Positions 9,112-17,757 of a stretch of 56,783 nucleotides of DNA are shown one piece after another. The translations under genes and the position numbers were made by a program. Source of the DNA: an uncultured Bacilli bacterium (GTDB taxonomy: Bacteria > Bacillota_I > Bacilli_A > RF39 > UBA660); contig CANQMM010000002.1 in assembly GCA_947624955.1 (NCBI GenBank), positions 1-56,783 of the forward strand, in the 5' to 3' direction. A model generated the notes under the pieces. That model was given only the letters and a program-made list of their open reading frames with translations, was not told the DNA's origin and did not search any database. Every line of letters starts with the position of its first letter. The first letter of the stretch is position 1.

Positions 9112-10656
9112 ATGAAAAAGGTTTTATTTCGCATTAAAGGTGATGTACTCTTATTTAAATATAGTAATACGGAATCTAAAGATTTAAAAAAGTTATTAAA
9201 TACCAATGTTATCAGTGATGAAGAATTGTTATTCTCGATGGATTATATCACCGATAATAAAAAAATTGTGGCAAGTTTCATTAAAGATTTAGCCGCTGAG
9301 CAAAATATTACAAAAATAGAAATTCAATCAATTGAATTAGCTAGCTTAATTATCAAAGTATTAAATAAAATTCCAAAAATTGATCTCTTATCAATATTAA
9401 GTGAAGAGACAATTACTTTTGATATCGCCGAAACTATTGTAAACAATGATAATGTGCATATGGTTTCTTGTTACTCTGCTCCCCTATTTATTATCGAATA
9501 CATGGACCGCTACGGGGTTATGTTGGAAAGCCGGAGTGAGTTATTCTTTACAAGCAACTTTATGCAGATTAATAGCTTGGCGCAATATTCCAAGATTTAT
9601 TATAAGAAGAGCATTAAAATACCGGTAGAAATGGAAGAAGATGATTTAGAAGATTTTACAGCTTTTTGTAAGATTAATCGTTATTTAAAGACAATTCATT
9701 TCGAAGCTTGTGATGTCGATAAAATTAAGTCCATTTGTGATATTATCAAAAGTGCCCGCAAGAAAAATATTAAAATCCTAGTTCACGGAAATATTACGAA
9801 CGAAAAAGATGTCAACGTTTTAAGAAGAATTAATAAACAAAATAAAAATAATATGAAGATTAAATTAGTTTATTCGAAAGAATATATTCGGGATAATTAT
9901 CTAAAACAAGTAATTTTTACAACAGCGAAGTATGCAGCGATGATTATCTTAATTATTGTCGGTTGTTCTTTTAGTTTTATTGCCATAAATAACCATAATT
10001 CTAAAAAGAACGTGGAAGGCATTCGCTATACTATCGAAAAAACGATTGCGGAAAATACCGATAATACGGAAATAAAAGAAGAAGGCGAACACGGGCCATC
10101 AGCAATTAAAAGTTTGTTAAGTGTCAATGAAGACACCGTAGGATGGTTAACGGTTAAAGGAACAAGTGTCGATTATCCGGTAGTCCAAACTGTCGATAAT
10201 AGTTACTATTTAAGAAGAAACTTTGATAAGGAAAGTGACTACTCCGGTTGGATTTTTGCTGATTATCAAAATAATATCGAAACTTTGGACCGGAATACAG
10301 TAATTTATGGTCATAATCGTTATTATAGTGATGTTATGTTTGGCTCACTTACTAATCTTTTAAAGAAAGATTGGCAAGAAGATAGTGAAAACTATGTCAT
10401 TACATTCAATACTTTATATAAAGAAATGAAATTTAAAATTTTTTCCGTATACAAAATAAAAAAAACTGATGACTATGTCAAGAAATACTTTAAAAGTGAT
10501 AATGAATTTTTAGATTTTATCGAGATGATAGAAGGACGTAGTGAAATCGATTTTGATGAAGTAATATCAGTTAATGATAAAATTTTAACTCTTTCGACTT
10601 GCTTGCAGAATAATCGAAGATTAGTTGTTCATGCTGTTCTTTTAGCAGATGAATAG
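9112..10656 (+). CDS. class B sortase with long N-terminal cytoplasmic extension
   Basis: C-terminal domain: TVGWLTVKGTSVDYPVVQTVDNSYYL, VIYGHN (His), TLSTC (Cys), RRLVVHA (Arg). One TM at about aa 270-295, preceded by ~270 aa with no recognisable family. ATG at 9112 preferred over GTG at 9100. Confidence 0.75.
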   Translation: MKKVLFRIKGDVLLFKYSNTESKDLKKLLNTNVISDEELLFSMDYITDNKKIVASFIKDLAAEQNITKIEIQSIELASLIIKVLNKIPKIDLLSILSEETITFDIAETIVNNDNVHMVSCYSAPLFIIEYMDRYGVMLESRSELFFTSNFMQINSLAQYSKIYYKKSIKIPVEMEEDDLEDFTAFCKINRYLKTIHFEACDVDKIKSICDIIKSARKKNIKILVHGNITNEKDVNVLRRINKQNKNNMKIKLVYSKEYIRDNYLKQVIFTTAKYAAMIILIIVGCSFSFIAINNHNSKKNVEGIRYTIEKTIAENTDNTEIKEEGEHGPSAIKSLLSVNEDTVGWLTVKGTSVDYPVVQTVDNSYYLRRNFDKESDYSGWIFADYQNNIETLDRNTVIYGHNRYYSDVMFGSLTNLLKKDWQEDSENYVITFNTLYKEMKFKIFSVYKIKKTDDYVKKYFKSDNEFLDFIEMIEGRSEIDFDEVISVNDKILTLSTCLQNNRRLVVHAVLLADE

Positions 10657-10680
10657 TTAGTCTTTTTTGATATAAGATAG

Positions 10681-13600
10681 GTGAAGATAATGGAAATAAT
10701 AGAAACGAGAAAACTTCTAGGACAAATTAATAATTATTTAGAAAATGTAAGTTTGACTCTAAGAGATGAAGATATAGCTAATTTAAAAGAGATTGCTAGT
10801 TTTTTAAAACTTAACATAATCGATAATATGGCAGATACTTTTGAAGGGATGGAACTTGCTAGTTTAGAAATTCTAACGATTATTAGTAGTTATCTAGATG
10901 TTGAAACAATTATTAAAATATTAAGAAGTATTAAACTACGAAAAATATTTAAAGAACAAGAAATCCTCATTTTTTGGCAACGGTTAAAAGAAAATGAACA
11001 AGTTACTTACCTTTTAGATGCTAATTATATTAGTGAAAAAGATTATTTCTTATTACAAGACTTATTAGAAAAGGGGGTTATTTCTTTTGCGGATGTCAAA
11101 GAAAAGATAAGTAAATTTTCCTTAAACTTTAATTTATCTGACGATATAATGCGGAATAATCTCGATTTATTTAGTACTGAGGTCATAGTTAATTATCTAA
11201 ATAAACAGGATTTAGATATTAGCCAAATAGATAAAAAGATTCTAAAGGTAATTCCCGATAATTCCTTAAAGGTTAAAGTAATTTCCCAAGATATTAAAGA
11301 AATATTTAATAGTAGTGATCTACTTGCAAAGCTCGATTACCAAGTACTGGCTAAATTGTACGGCGCCAATAAAATAAGGGAAATGGCAATAAGTAATCCA
11401 AGTAAAGCTTTCTTGGGAGCTTTATATACCTTAGATAAATTTAAATATAAACAATTAATTAATCAAATATTTGAGAGTTTAACTCCGGGAGTAATTATTA
11501 ATAATTGTTATGACTTATTGGATAATAAAGAAAAGATAAAGAAAGACTACTCTCTCTTACTTAAATTTGCCGAAAAGGTTATCGCGGAAATCGTTACGGA
11601 AGAATTCACCGAAGAAGAAATCGTTATGCTATTAAGGAGTCAGGAGTTTGTCGAAGCGATAAGTCCGGAGTTATTAAAACAAATAATGACTATTTTAAAT
11701 TTTAGTACGGTATTTAATCTCTTACAAAATAATCTTATCTATAGTAAATCTTTGAAGATTAAGTGTTTCACTAGGGGTGATGATAAATCTTTAGTTAAAG
11801 GTTTTTTAGATACAGTTAAATTCTATGCGAAGTTAGATAAGGGCATGGGCTATAAATTATTATCAATGCTCGATTATGAAGATGTCATTAACTATTTAAA
11901 AAAGCCTTATATTTTAAGTAATTTAAATGAAGAAGAAATAGTTAGTTTATTATGTATTAAGAATATCAATATTGAAAAATTATTTAATGAAGAAGGATTT
12001 AAAGGGCGAGTTACACGAGAACTATTAATTAACTATATCAATGAAATGTGGAATATTAGTGTCGATTTAGACTTAATTAAAAATCCGGAATTATTTAAAT
12101 TATTGTTTAATATAGATGATGAAGCGTATAACCAATTGAATTTAGCCGATATTAAATATCTATTTACGACGATTTATAATAAAGAAAATTTAGCACTTTA
12201 CAAATCGAATATTAGCGTATTAAGTTATAAGACGATCATCATTGCTTATAAAATGTTAGGAATAAGTAATACTTTAAATATCTTATTTAATAGTAAAGAT
12301 AGTTTAACCCTCGAGGATGTTAGAGAATATCACGATTTATATCTAAAAGATAAACTAGATAAATATTTAGAAAATGATGGAGCTGTACTTAATAACTTGG
12401 AAGATAAAATGATCAAGTTATTGGAGGTGTATGAGAAACCTTTAGAAGAAAAGGATACTACTCAAGGCCGCATTAAAACGGTTATTAATGGCTTAACTAG
12501 TTATGGCGTAGATTATCAACGCTTAGTGAAAATGATGAATCGCTATATCGATTACCGGAAGATCAATCAAAGTGTTGCTGAAGAAGAAATTAAAGATAGT
12601 ATTAGCACTATTAAAGAAGAGATATTAAATAGTTATCAGAATAAATGGCATCAAGAATTTATGAAGAAAGCGATCAATATTTTAAAACTTAAAAAGAGTG
12701 TTTATCAAAAGAATATTAAAAATGTCAATAAAGAATGGTTATTGAATATTAAGTTAAAACTTTTATATAGTATTTTACAAAATAAAACCCGCTTAGAAGG
12801 ATTATTTAAAAGTAATCTAAATGAGGGGAAAAAACTTGAAGAATTAAAGGAAGAACTTAAGAAAAGAAATGTATCTTTAGATGATTATCTAGAAAATATT
12901 CTCTTACCTTTAAGCGATAAAAAACTCGATATTTATAAGTATTTAAATATGGAAATACCGGATAATTACGAGAAATATCTAGAAACTATCGCGGCAAGAG
13001 AAAATTTACAACGTTTAAATAAATATTTAATTAAGTTTAGTTATATTTATGAAGAACAAGAGTTAAAAAAGATTGCCTTAAATATTATCAATGGTGATGA
13101 GCAGGTACCTAGTAAAATCCGTAAGGATGTCAAAGCTTGTCAAGAGATTGTTCGTAATATTAATTTTGAAATCTACTATAATGAACGGAATAAAGAATTT
13201 GAACTTTCGAATATCATCAATGCTTATCAAGATAGTTTATCCGATGATTACTATCAAAAGTATGTTTTAATTGAAGAGTTAGTAGATTATACTAAGCACT
13301 TTGTGAAAAGTTATTTTCGTAAAAGTTTTGTTTATCAATATTATTATGATAAATTTGATAACTACGAAGATGAAGATATTATGTCTGAGGATTTAAAAGA
13401 TTATGAAATTAAAAAGCAAATATTTAGAATTAATGATTTAGAGAATATTCTTGCCGGAGTCGATATTCAAGAAGCAGAAAAAGTAGATGAAGAGTTGATT
13501 GAAGGACTTAATAAGATTAATTATTGGCCAGTGGCGATGACAGGTTTAATTAGTAATGGGGAATTTTACTTGAATAATTATCACGAAGTAGAAAGTTATT

Positions 13601-14406
13601 TAAAAGCAAATAATTATGATATAAGTAAGATTTGTAAAGAAGATTTAATTAAAATTAAACAAACATTAATAAAGAAGAAACCTTGGGGAATGATTAAAAG
13701 TTTTTATCAAAGAATTACGGAAGAAGATATATTAAATGCTTATAGTCAACTATTAAAAAACAATCAGAAGATGATTGGCAATTTACATATTAGCAGGGAT
13801 AACTATAATGTTAGCGATATGCAAGGATGGCATATAGTTGAAGAACTATTAGCACTTTATAACAGTGAAAAAAATGTAGTAAATTGCCACGAATTATTAG
13901 CAAGAATAGCTGATACGAAAGTGACTTATTATTTAGTCAGACATAAGCAAGAAAAAGTCGGCATTGTAGAGAGTGAAATTTTCGGTAACTCCGTAATTTT
14001 AAAGAAAGATATTGGATCAATCAGCAAAGAAGTAATGAACGATTTAGCAAAAGAAATACTCGTTAATTATTTAGATATCGATTATGTTTATTATGAGGAA
14101 GACCTAATCACACGTGAGGGATTTTACAAGGTCAATAAAACTAATGTCTATTACGGAGATTATTGCCAATTGAATAGTTCAGTTTATCAAATGGACAGTT
14201 TATTTATTAATCAAAGTTTATTAAAAATGCTTAAGCTAAATTATGGCTTTAACCGCGATTCAATGACTTTTGAAGAACCAGAATGGGAAGATTTTACGAA
14301 GATAGAATTCGATAATTATAATGTAGCTATTTATCAGGACGATAAAGTGACAGTTAAAATTAATCAGGAAAATGCATATTTTAAAAAATTACAATCAGAC
14401 AATTGA
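10681..14406 (+). CDS. large (1241 aa) hypothetical cytoplasmic protein
   Basis: Uninterrupted ORF 25 nt downstream of the sortase gene on the same strand. No signal peptide, TM helix or sorting signal, and no family recognised. GTG at 10681 or ATG at 10690. Confidence 0.6.
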   Translation: MKIMEIIETRKLLGQINNYLENVSLTLRDEDIANLKEIASFLKLNIIDNMADTFEGMELASLEILTIISSYLDVETIIKILRSIKLRKIFKEQEILIFWQRLKENEQVTYLLDANYISEKDYFLLQDLLEKGVISFADVKEKISKFSLNFNLSDDIMRNNLDLFSTEVIVNYLNKQDLDISQIDKKILKVIPDNSLKVKVISQDIKEIFNSSDLLAKLDYQVLAKLYGANKIREMAISNPSKAFLGALYTLDKFKYKQLINQIFESLTPGVIINNCYDLLDNKEKIKKDYSLLLKFAEKVIAEIVTEEFTEEEIVMLLRSQEFVEAISPELLKQIMTILNFSTVFNLLQNNLIYSKSLKIKCFTRGDDKSLVKGFLDTVKFYAKLDKGMGYKLLSMLDYEDVINYLKKPYILSNLNEEEIVSLLCIKNINIEKLFNEEGFKGRVTRELLINYINEMWNISVDLDLIKNPELFKLLFNIDDEAYNQLNLADIKYLFTTIYNKENLALYKSNISVLSYKTIIIAYKMLGISNTLNILFNSKDSLTLEDVREYHDLYLKDKLDKYLENDGAVLNNLEDKMIKLLEVYEKPLEEKDTTQGRIKTVINGLTSYGVDYQRLVKMMNRYIDYRKINQSVAEEEIKDSISTIKEEILNSYQNKWHQEFMKKAINILKLKKSVYQKNIKNVNKEWLLNIKLKLLYSILQNKTRLEGLFKSNLNEGKKLEELKEELKKRNVSLDDYLENILLPLSDKKLDIYKYLNMEIPDNYEKYLETIAARENLQRLNKYLIKFSYIYEEQELKKIALNIINGDEQVPSKIRKDVKACQEIVRNINFEIYYNERNKEFELSNIINAYQDSLSDDYYQKYVLIEELVDYTKHFVKSYFRKSFVYQYYYDKFDNYEDEDIMSEDLKDYEIKKQIFRINDLENILAGVDIQEAEKVDEELIEGLNKINYWPVAMTGLISNGEFYLNNYHEVESYLKANNYDISKICKEDLIKIKQTLIKKKPWGMIKSFYQRITEEDILNAYSQLLKNNQKMIGNLHISRDNYNVSDMQGWHIVEELLALYNSEKNVVNCHELLARIADTKVTYYLVRHKQEKVGIVESEIFGNSVILKKDIGSISKEVMNDLAKEILVNYLDIDYVYYEEDLITREGFYKVNKTNVYYGDYCQLNSSVYQMDSLFINQSLLKMLKLNYGFNRDSMTFEEPEWEDFTKIEFDNYNVAIYQDDKVTVKINQENAYFKKLQSDN

Positions 14407-14418
14407 TTGTAATTTTTT
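14383..14418. terminator. bidirectional hairpin shared by two convergent, overlapping gene ends
   Basis: AAAAAATTACAATC-agacaatt-GATTGTAATTTTTT (14-bp stem) with A/T runs on both sides. It spans both stop codons. Confidence 0.55.
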
Positions 14419-15489
14419 TAAGAAGATATCTTGATTAGCTTTAATTCTTGCACTATGGGGATTTATTGCTAGAGCAATCCCCGCAAAAGCATAAGCTTTA
14501 TAATAATCTTGTAGATTGTAATAGTCGATACTCAAGACATCGTAAATAGTTTCATTATAACTATAAGATTCACAAATATAAGTTTTGGGTTTTTCTTTAA
14601 TTGCTAAAGCTTTCTCTAAATAGTTAATACTTTGAGGGAAATTATTCACATGATAGTAATAAATACCTAGTTCGGTATAAGCTTCGCGTAAGTAAGGCGC
14701 TTCTTGAATGGCTTTTTCATACCACATTATAGCTTCTTCCGGACGATTTAGTGATAGATAACAGCGCGCCATATAACGCATAGAAGCAGCACGCTCATCA
14801 GCCCAAGTTGCACTAGATAACGTTAAATGATAATGCAGGGTATCGATACTTTCTTGCCATCTTTGATAAAACATATACTCTCTTCCTAAGTAGTGAACAT
14901 TGCGATCGTTTTGGGGATTTTCTTTAACGGACAATTCAAGTAATGGTAAATAAGAACTCCGCGATTTTTCTTTATCCGGATAGTGATTTAAGGTAATAGT
15001 AGAACAATAAGTTAGATAAACATTATGACCTTCATTAATTTTTAAAACTTCGTGGACAGGATTAACCCAAGAATATAGTTTGGGAGCATGAATTTTTTGA
15101 ATATAGAAACTAGTTCCGGGATTACCTTGCTCATCAAAATTCCAAATATAGTTGTAGGCAAGTAAGTTGGTCTCGGGAGTCCAACTTTTTTCAAGTTCTT
15201 CTCGCCATCCAGGAGTAAAGACTTCATCTAAATCAGTACAAACACAAATATCACAGTCATCATCGACTAAAGCTAAAGAAGCGTTACGAGCCGCATCAAA
15301 CCGCCAAGGATTAAATTGTTTTACTTGCACTACTACTCCCCTATTTTTTAATTTTTCAACTGTATCATCAGTAGAACCAGTATCGAGGACAAATATTTTA
15401 TCAGCTTCTTGCATAGAATCGACCCAACGGTCGACAAACTGACTTTCATTTTTGGCTATAGCATAAACGCATACTTTATATTTATTCAT
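14395..15489 (-). CDS. family-2-like glycosyltransferase with C-terminal TPR repeats
   Basis: N-terminus is CVYAIAKNESQFVDRWVDSM ... FVLDTGSTDDT ... CTDLDE (DxD-like). The C-terminal half is TPR-like (YLGREYMFYQRWQESI, ARCYLSLNRPEEAIMWYEKAI). Confidence 0.7.
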   Translation of the reverse strand: MNKYKVCVYAIAKNESQFVDRWVDSMQEADKIFVLDTGSTDDTVEKLKNRGVVVQVKQFNPWRFDAARNASLALVDDDCDICVCTDLDEVFTPGWREELEKSWTPETNLLAYNYIWNFDEQGNPGTSFYIQKIHAPKLYSWVNPVHEVLKINEGHNVYLTYCSTITLNHYPDKEKSRSSYLPLLELSVKENPQNDRNVHYLGREYMFYQRWQESIDTLHYHLTLSSATWADERAASMRYMARCYLSLNRPEEAIMWYEKAIQEAPYLREAYTELGIYYYHVNNFPQSINYLEKALAIKEKPKTYICESYSYNETIYDVLSIDYYNLQDYYKAYAFAGIALAINPHSARIKANQDIFLKKLQSIV

Positions 15490-15599
15490 TAAATCACCTA
15501 TTTAAATATATGTAGAGGAAAAAATTTATTGCTATCTGGGGTTTAGTTTAGTCATATTATTAGTTTGTTCATAACTTATAGAGAAAGGAGAAAAATTAG

Positions 15600-16508
15600 A
15601 TGAATAATAGCTTATATTGTCAAGCTAAAGCTAAAGTAGATGCTTACGCCCAAAATCATCAAGGCGGTGGCTGCTGCTGTTGTTATGGACCAACGGGTCC
15701 AACAGGACCTACGGGACCAGCTGCAGCAACAATTACTGTAAGATCAACGACAACAGGGCTTCCAGGTACTGGTGCTACCGTAACTAATGGTGGTACAGCT
15801 AATAACGTATTATTAGACTTTGTTATTCCGCGTGGAGATGTTGGTCCTACCGGACCTACAGGACCTACTGGTCCTCAAGGATTAACAGGGGCACAAGGGT
15901 TACAAGGAGTTGCCGGAGCGACCGGACCTACGGCGCCTCAAGGTGCGACTGGTCCTACGGGGCCTGCCGGATTAGCGGGTGCTGTCGGTGCAACGGGACC
16001 TACTGGACCTCAAGGAGAGATTGGTCCTACTGGACCTATAGGATTAACTGGGGCTGTTGGTGAAACTGGTGCAACAGGACCTACGGGGCCTCAAGGAGAA
16101 ATCGGACCTACCGGACCTCAAGGATTACAAGGGGTTGCTGGAGCAACTGGGCCTACGGGACCTACCGGACCTCAAGGTGAAGTTGGACCTACGGGACCTA
16201 TAGGATTAACTGGTGCTGTTGGCGAAACTGGTGCAACAGGACCTACGGGTCCTCAAGGTGAAGTTGGACCTACCGGGCCACAGGGAGAAATCGGGCCTAC
16301 CGGACCTCAAGGAGAAATTGGACCTACTGGTCCGCAAGGTGAAGTTGGACCAACTGGGCCACAAGGAGAAGCAGTAACTCTAGCTATTGGAACAGTTACA
16401 ACTGGTGCTCCAGGTACTGATGCTGCTGCAACTATTACAGGTACAGCTCCTAACTACATTTTAAATTTAACAATACCTAGTGGGCCTACTGGACCTGCTG
16501 CTGCTTAA
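15600..16508 (+). CDS. collagen-like triple-helix repeat protein (BclA-like, probable spore/exosporium surface protein)
   Basis: 59 consecutive Gly-X-Y triplets (mostly [12 protein letters not shown]). A short GPT x3 tract follows a CCCC motif. AGGAG RBS is present. Confidence 0.9.
   Translation: MNNSLYCQAKAKVDAYAQNHQGGGCCCCYGPTGPTGPTGPAAATITVRSTTTGLPGTGATVTNGGTANNVLLDFVIPRGDVGPTGPTGPTGPQGLTGAQGLQGVAGATGPTAPQGATGPTGPAGLAGAVGATGPTGPQGEIGPTGPIGLTGAVGETGATGPTGPQGEIGPTGPQGLQGVAGATGPTGPTGPQGEVGPTGPIGLTGAVGETGATGPTGPQGEVGPTGPQGEIGPTGPQGEIGPTGPQGEVGPTGPQGEAVTLAIGTVTTGAPGTDAAATITGTAPNYILNLTIPSGPTGPAAA
15843..16373 (+). repeat. coding Gly-X-Y 9-bp periodic repeat with larger internal ~165-bp duplications
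   Basis: Hand-parsed 59 triplets. The block [20 protein letters not shown](I/V)GPTGPQG occurs twice (about 16040 and 16205). Confidence 0.85.
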
Positions 16509-16516
16509 TAAAAAAT

Positions 16517-16556
16517 AAACTGAATAGATTAAATATTTTCTATTCAGTTTTTTATT
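16517..16556. terminator. bidirectional intrinsic terminator
   Basis: AAACTGAATAG-loop-CTATTCAGTTT followed by TTTTT. It lies between convergent genes. Confidence 0.7.
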
Positions 16557-16558
16557 GA

Positions 16559-17668
16559 TTAATTAATAGAACACGTATAACCACGGGATGTAAAATCCTC
16601 TTGATAATCATTTATAGTATAACCTTGTACTGGAGTATACATAATATCACTAGTAAAGATATTGGCTTCATCATTAAATATGTAGTTACCTTGATTAAGG
16701 AATCTTTCTTTATATGAATTATAAATTTCTTTATCTGAGAAAATAAACTCATTATAACGACGGTGCTTAATATAAGAATCAGCAGAAAATGATACTTCAA
16801 AATGTTCAATAAATTGGTAATCTTTTTCTTGATATTCGGTAGCACAGCTTAGAGTTGTTAATTGGTCGATAACGGTTAATTTAGCTTTCTTTCTAGTAGG
16901 ATTATTATATTCGTCTGTTATTAAAATAAATATATCATATTCACCAACAATTTGGTTATTAACTAAAGTATTATCACTTTCAAATTGGTAATAACAATTG
17001 GAAAAATCATTGCAGGAGGTGATAAAATCATTTGGACTAAATTCTTGCCCTAATTCAATGATAACATCTTTAACTTCAACCTCTGGGCTAGTTGTATCAG
17101 TTACTATCGCTTTACCTTCCTTAGTAACGTTTTGATAGGTAACTTTAAAAGTATACTCCCCTACTACATTAGGATTTATTGCACTATAATCGACATTATA
17201 AGCCATTTCATCGATAGATTCTTTATCTACGTAAGATGAAACAGTGGTTGGTACTTCACTACCTAATTCTATAGTTAAAGTTTTTAATGGAAGAATATCA
17301 ATTGTACTTTGTTTTTTGAAATAATAATAAGTACCACCAATTATGGCTATTACAACAATAGCGATAATCGAAGTAATAGTGCTGGATTTTTTACTTTGTC
17401 TAACTTTTTTTTGTTTAGTTTTTTCTTTTTGCTTTTGGGATTGTAAATATTTTTGATGACGGTCAGCAACATCTATAGGAAATGGCAAGGGATTATTAGT
17501 GGGAGTGATAGTTTCATTATCAATCGTAGCAATAGTAATAACACCATCAGTTTTGTTCATTTCATCAGTGCTTTTAATAAAGATTTCTTCAGATTTAGCT
17601 ACTGGTGCGGCATTTTGTAGTTCAACTTCTGATGGTTGTGGTGCTTTTTTCTTATGAAATAAACCCAT
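16559..17668 (-). CDS. single-pass membrane protein with extracellular Ig-like repeats
   Basis: Lys-rich cytoplasmic N-terminus and TM ITSIIAIVVIAIIGGTYYYF. Two similar segments (VGEYTFKVTYQN..., VGEYDIFILITDEYNN...) resemble bacterial Ig-like domains. Confidence 0.5.
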   Translation of the reverse strand: MGLFHKKKAPQPSEVELQNAAPVAKSEEIFIKSTDEMNKTDGVITIATIDNETITPTNNPLPFPIDVADRHQKYLQSQKQKEKTKQKKVRQSKKSSTITSIIAIVVIAIIGGTYYYFKKQSTIDILPLKTLTIELGSEVPTTVSSYVDKESIDEMAYNVDYSAINPNVVGEYTFKVTYQNVTKEGKAIVTDTTSPEVEVKDVIIELGQEFSPNDFITSCNDFSNCYYQFESDNTLVNNQIVGEYDIFILITDEYNNPTRKKAKLTVIDQLTTLSCATEYQEKDYQFIEHFEVSFSADSYIKHRRYNEFIFSDKEIYNSYKERFLNQGNYIFNDEANIFTSDIMYTPVQGYTINDYQEDFTSRGYTCSIN

Positions 17669-17721
17669 TTTTTGGACCCCTTTTCTATAATAAAATAATA
17701 CTCTATTTTAAGTTTTTTTTC

Positions 17722-17757
17722 AACTAAAAGAAAAACTCCTACAAAGTAGGAGGTTTT
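17722..17757 (-). terminator. intrinsic terminator overlapping the stop of the Lys/Pro-rich gene
   Basis: Minus strand: AAAACCTCCTAC-ttt-GTAGGAGTTTT followed by TCTTTTAG. Confidence 0.5.

Noticed and set aside
8997-9206. 69-aa minus-strand ORF in the sortase / surface-protein intergenic region
   Set aside because: It overlaps the sortase start and promoter region, has no SD and has odd composition. It is likely chance.
15690-16373. Highly periodic repeats here, and at 18395..18505, considered as a possible CRISPR or satellite array
   Set aside because: The periodicity is 9 bp and 18 bp, it is in frame, and it encodes Gly-X-Y and PTEPPK units. No repeat-spacer architecture is present.
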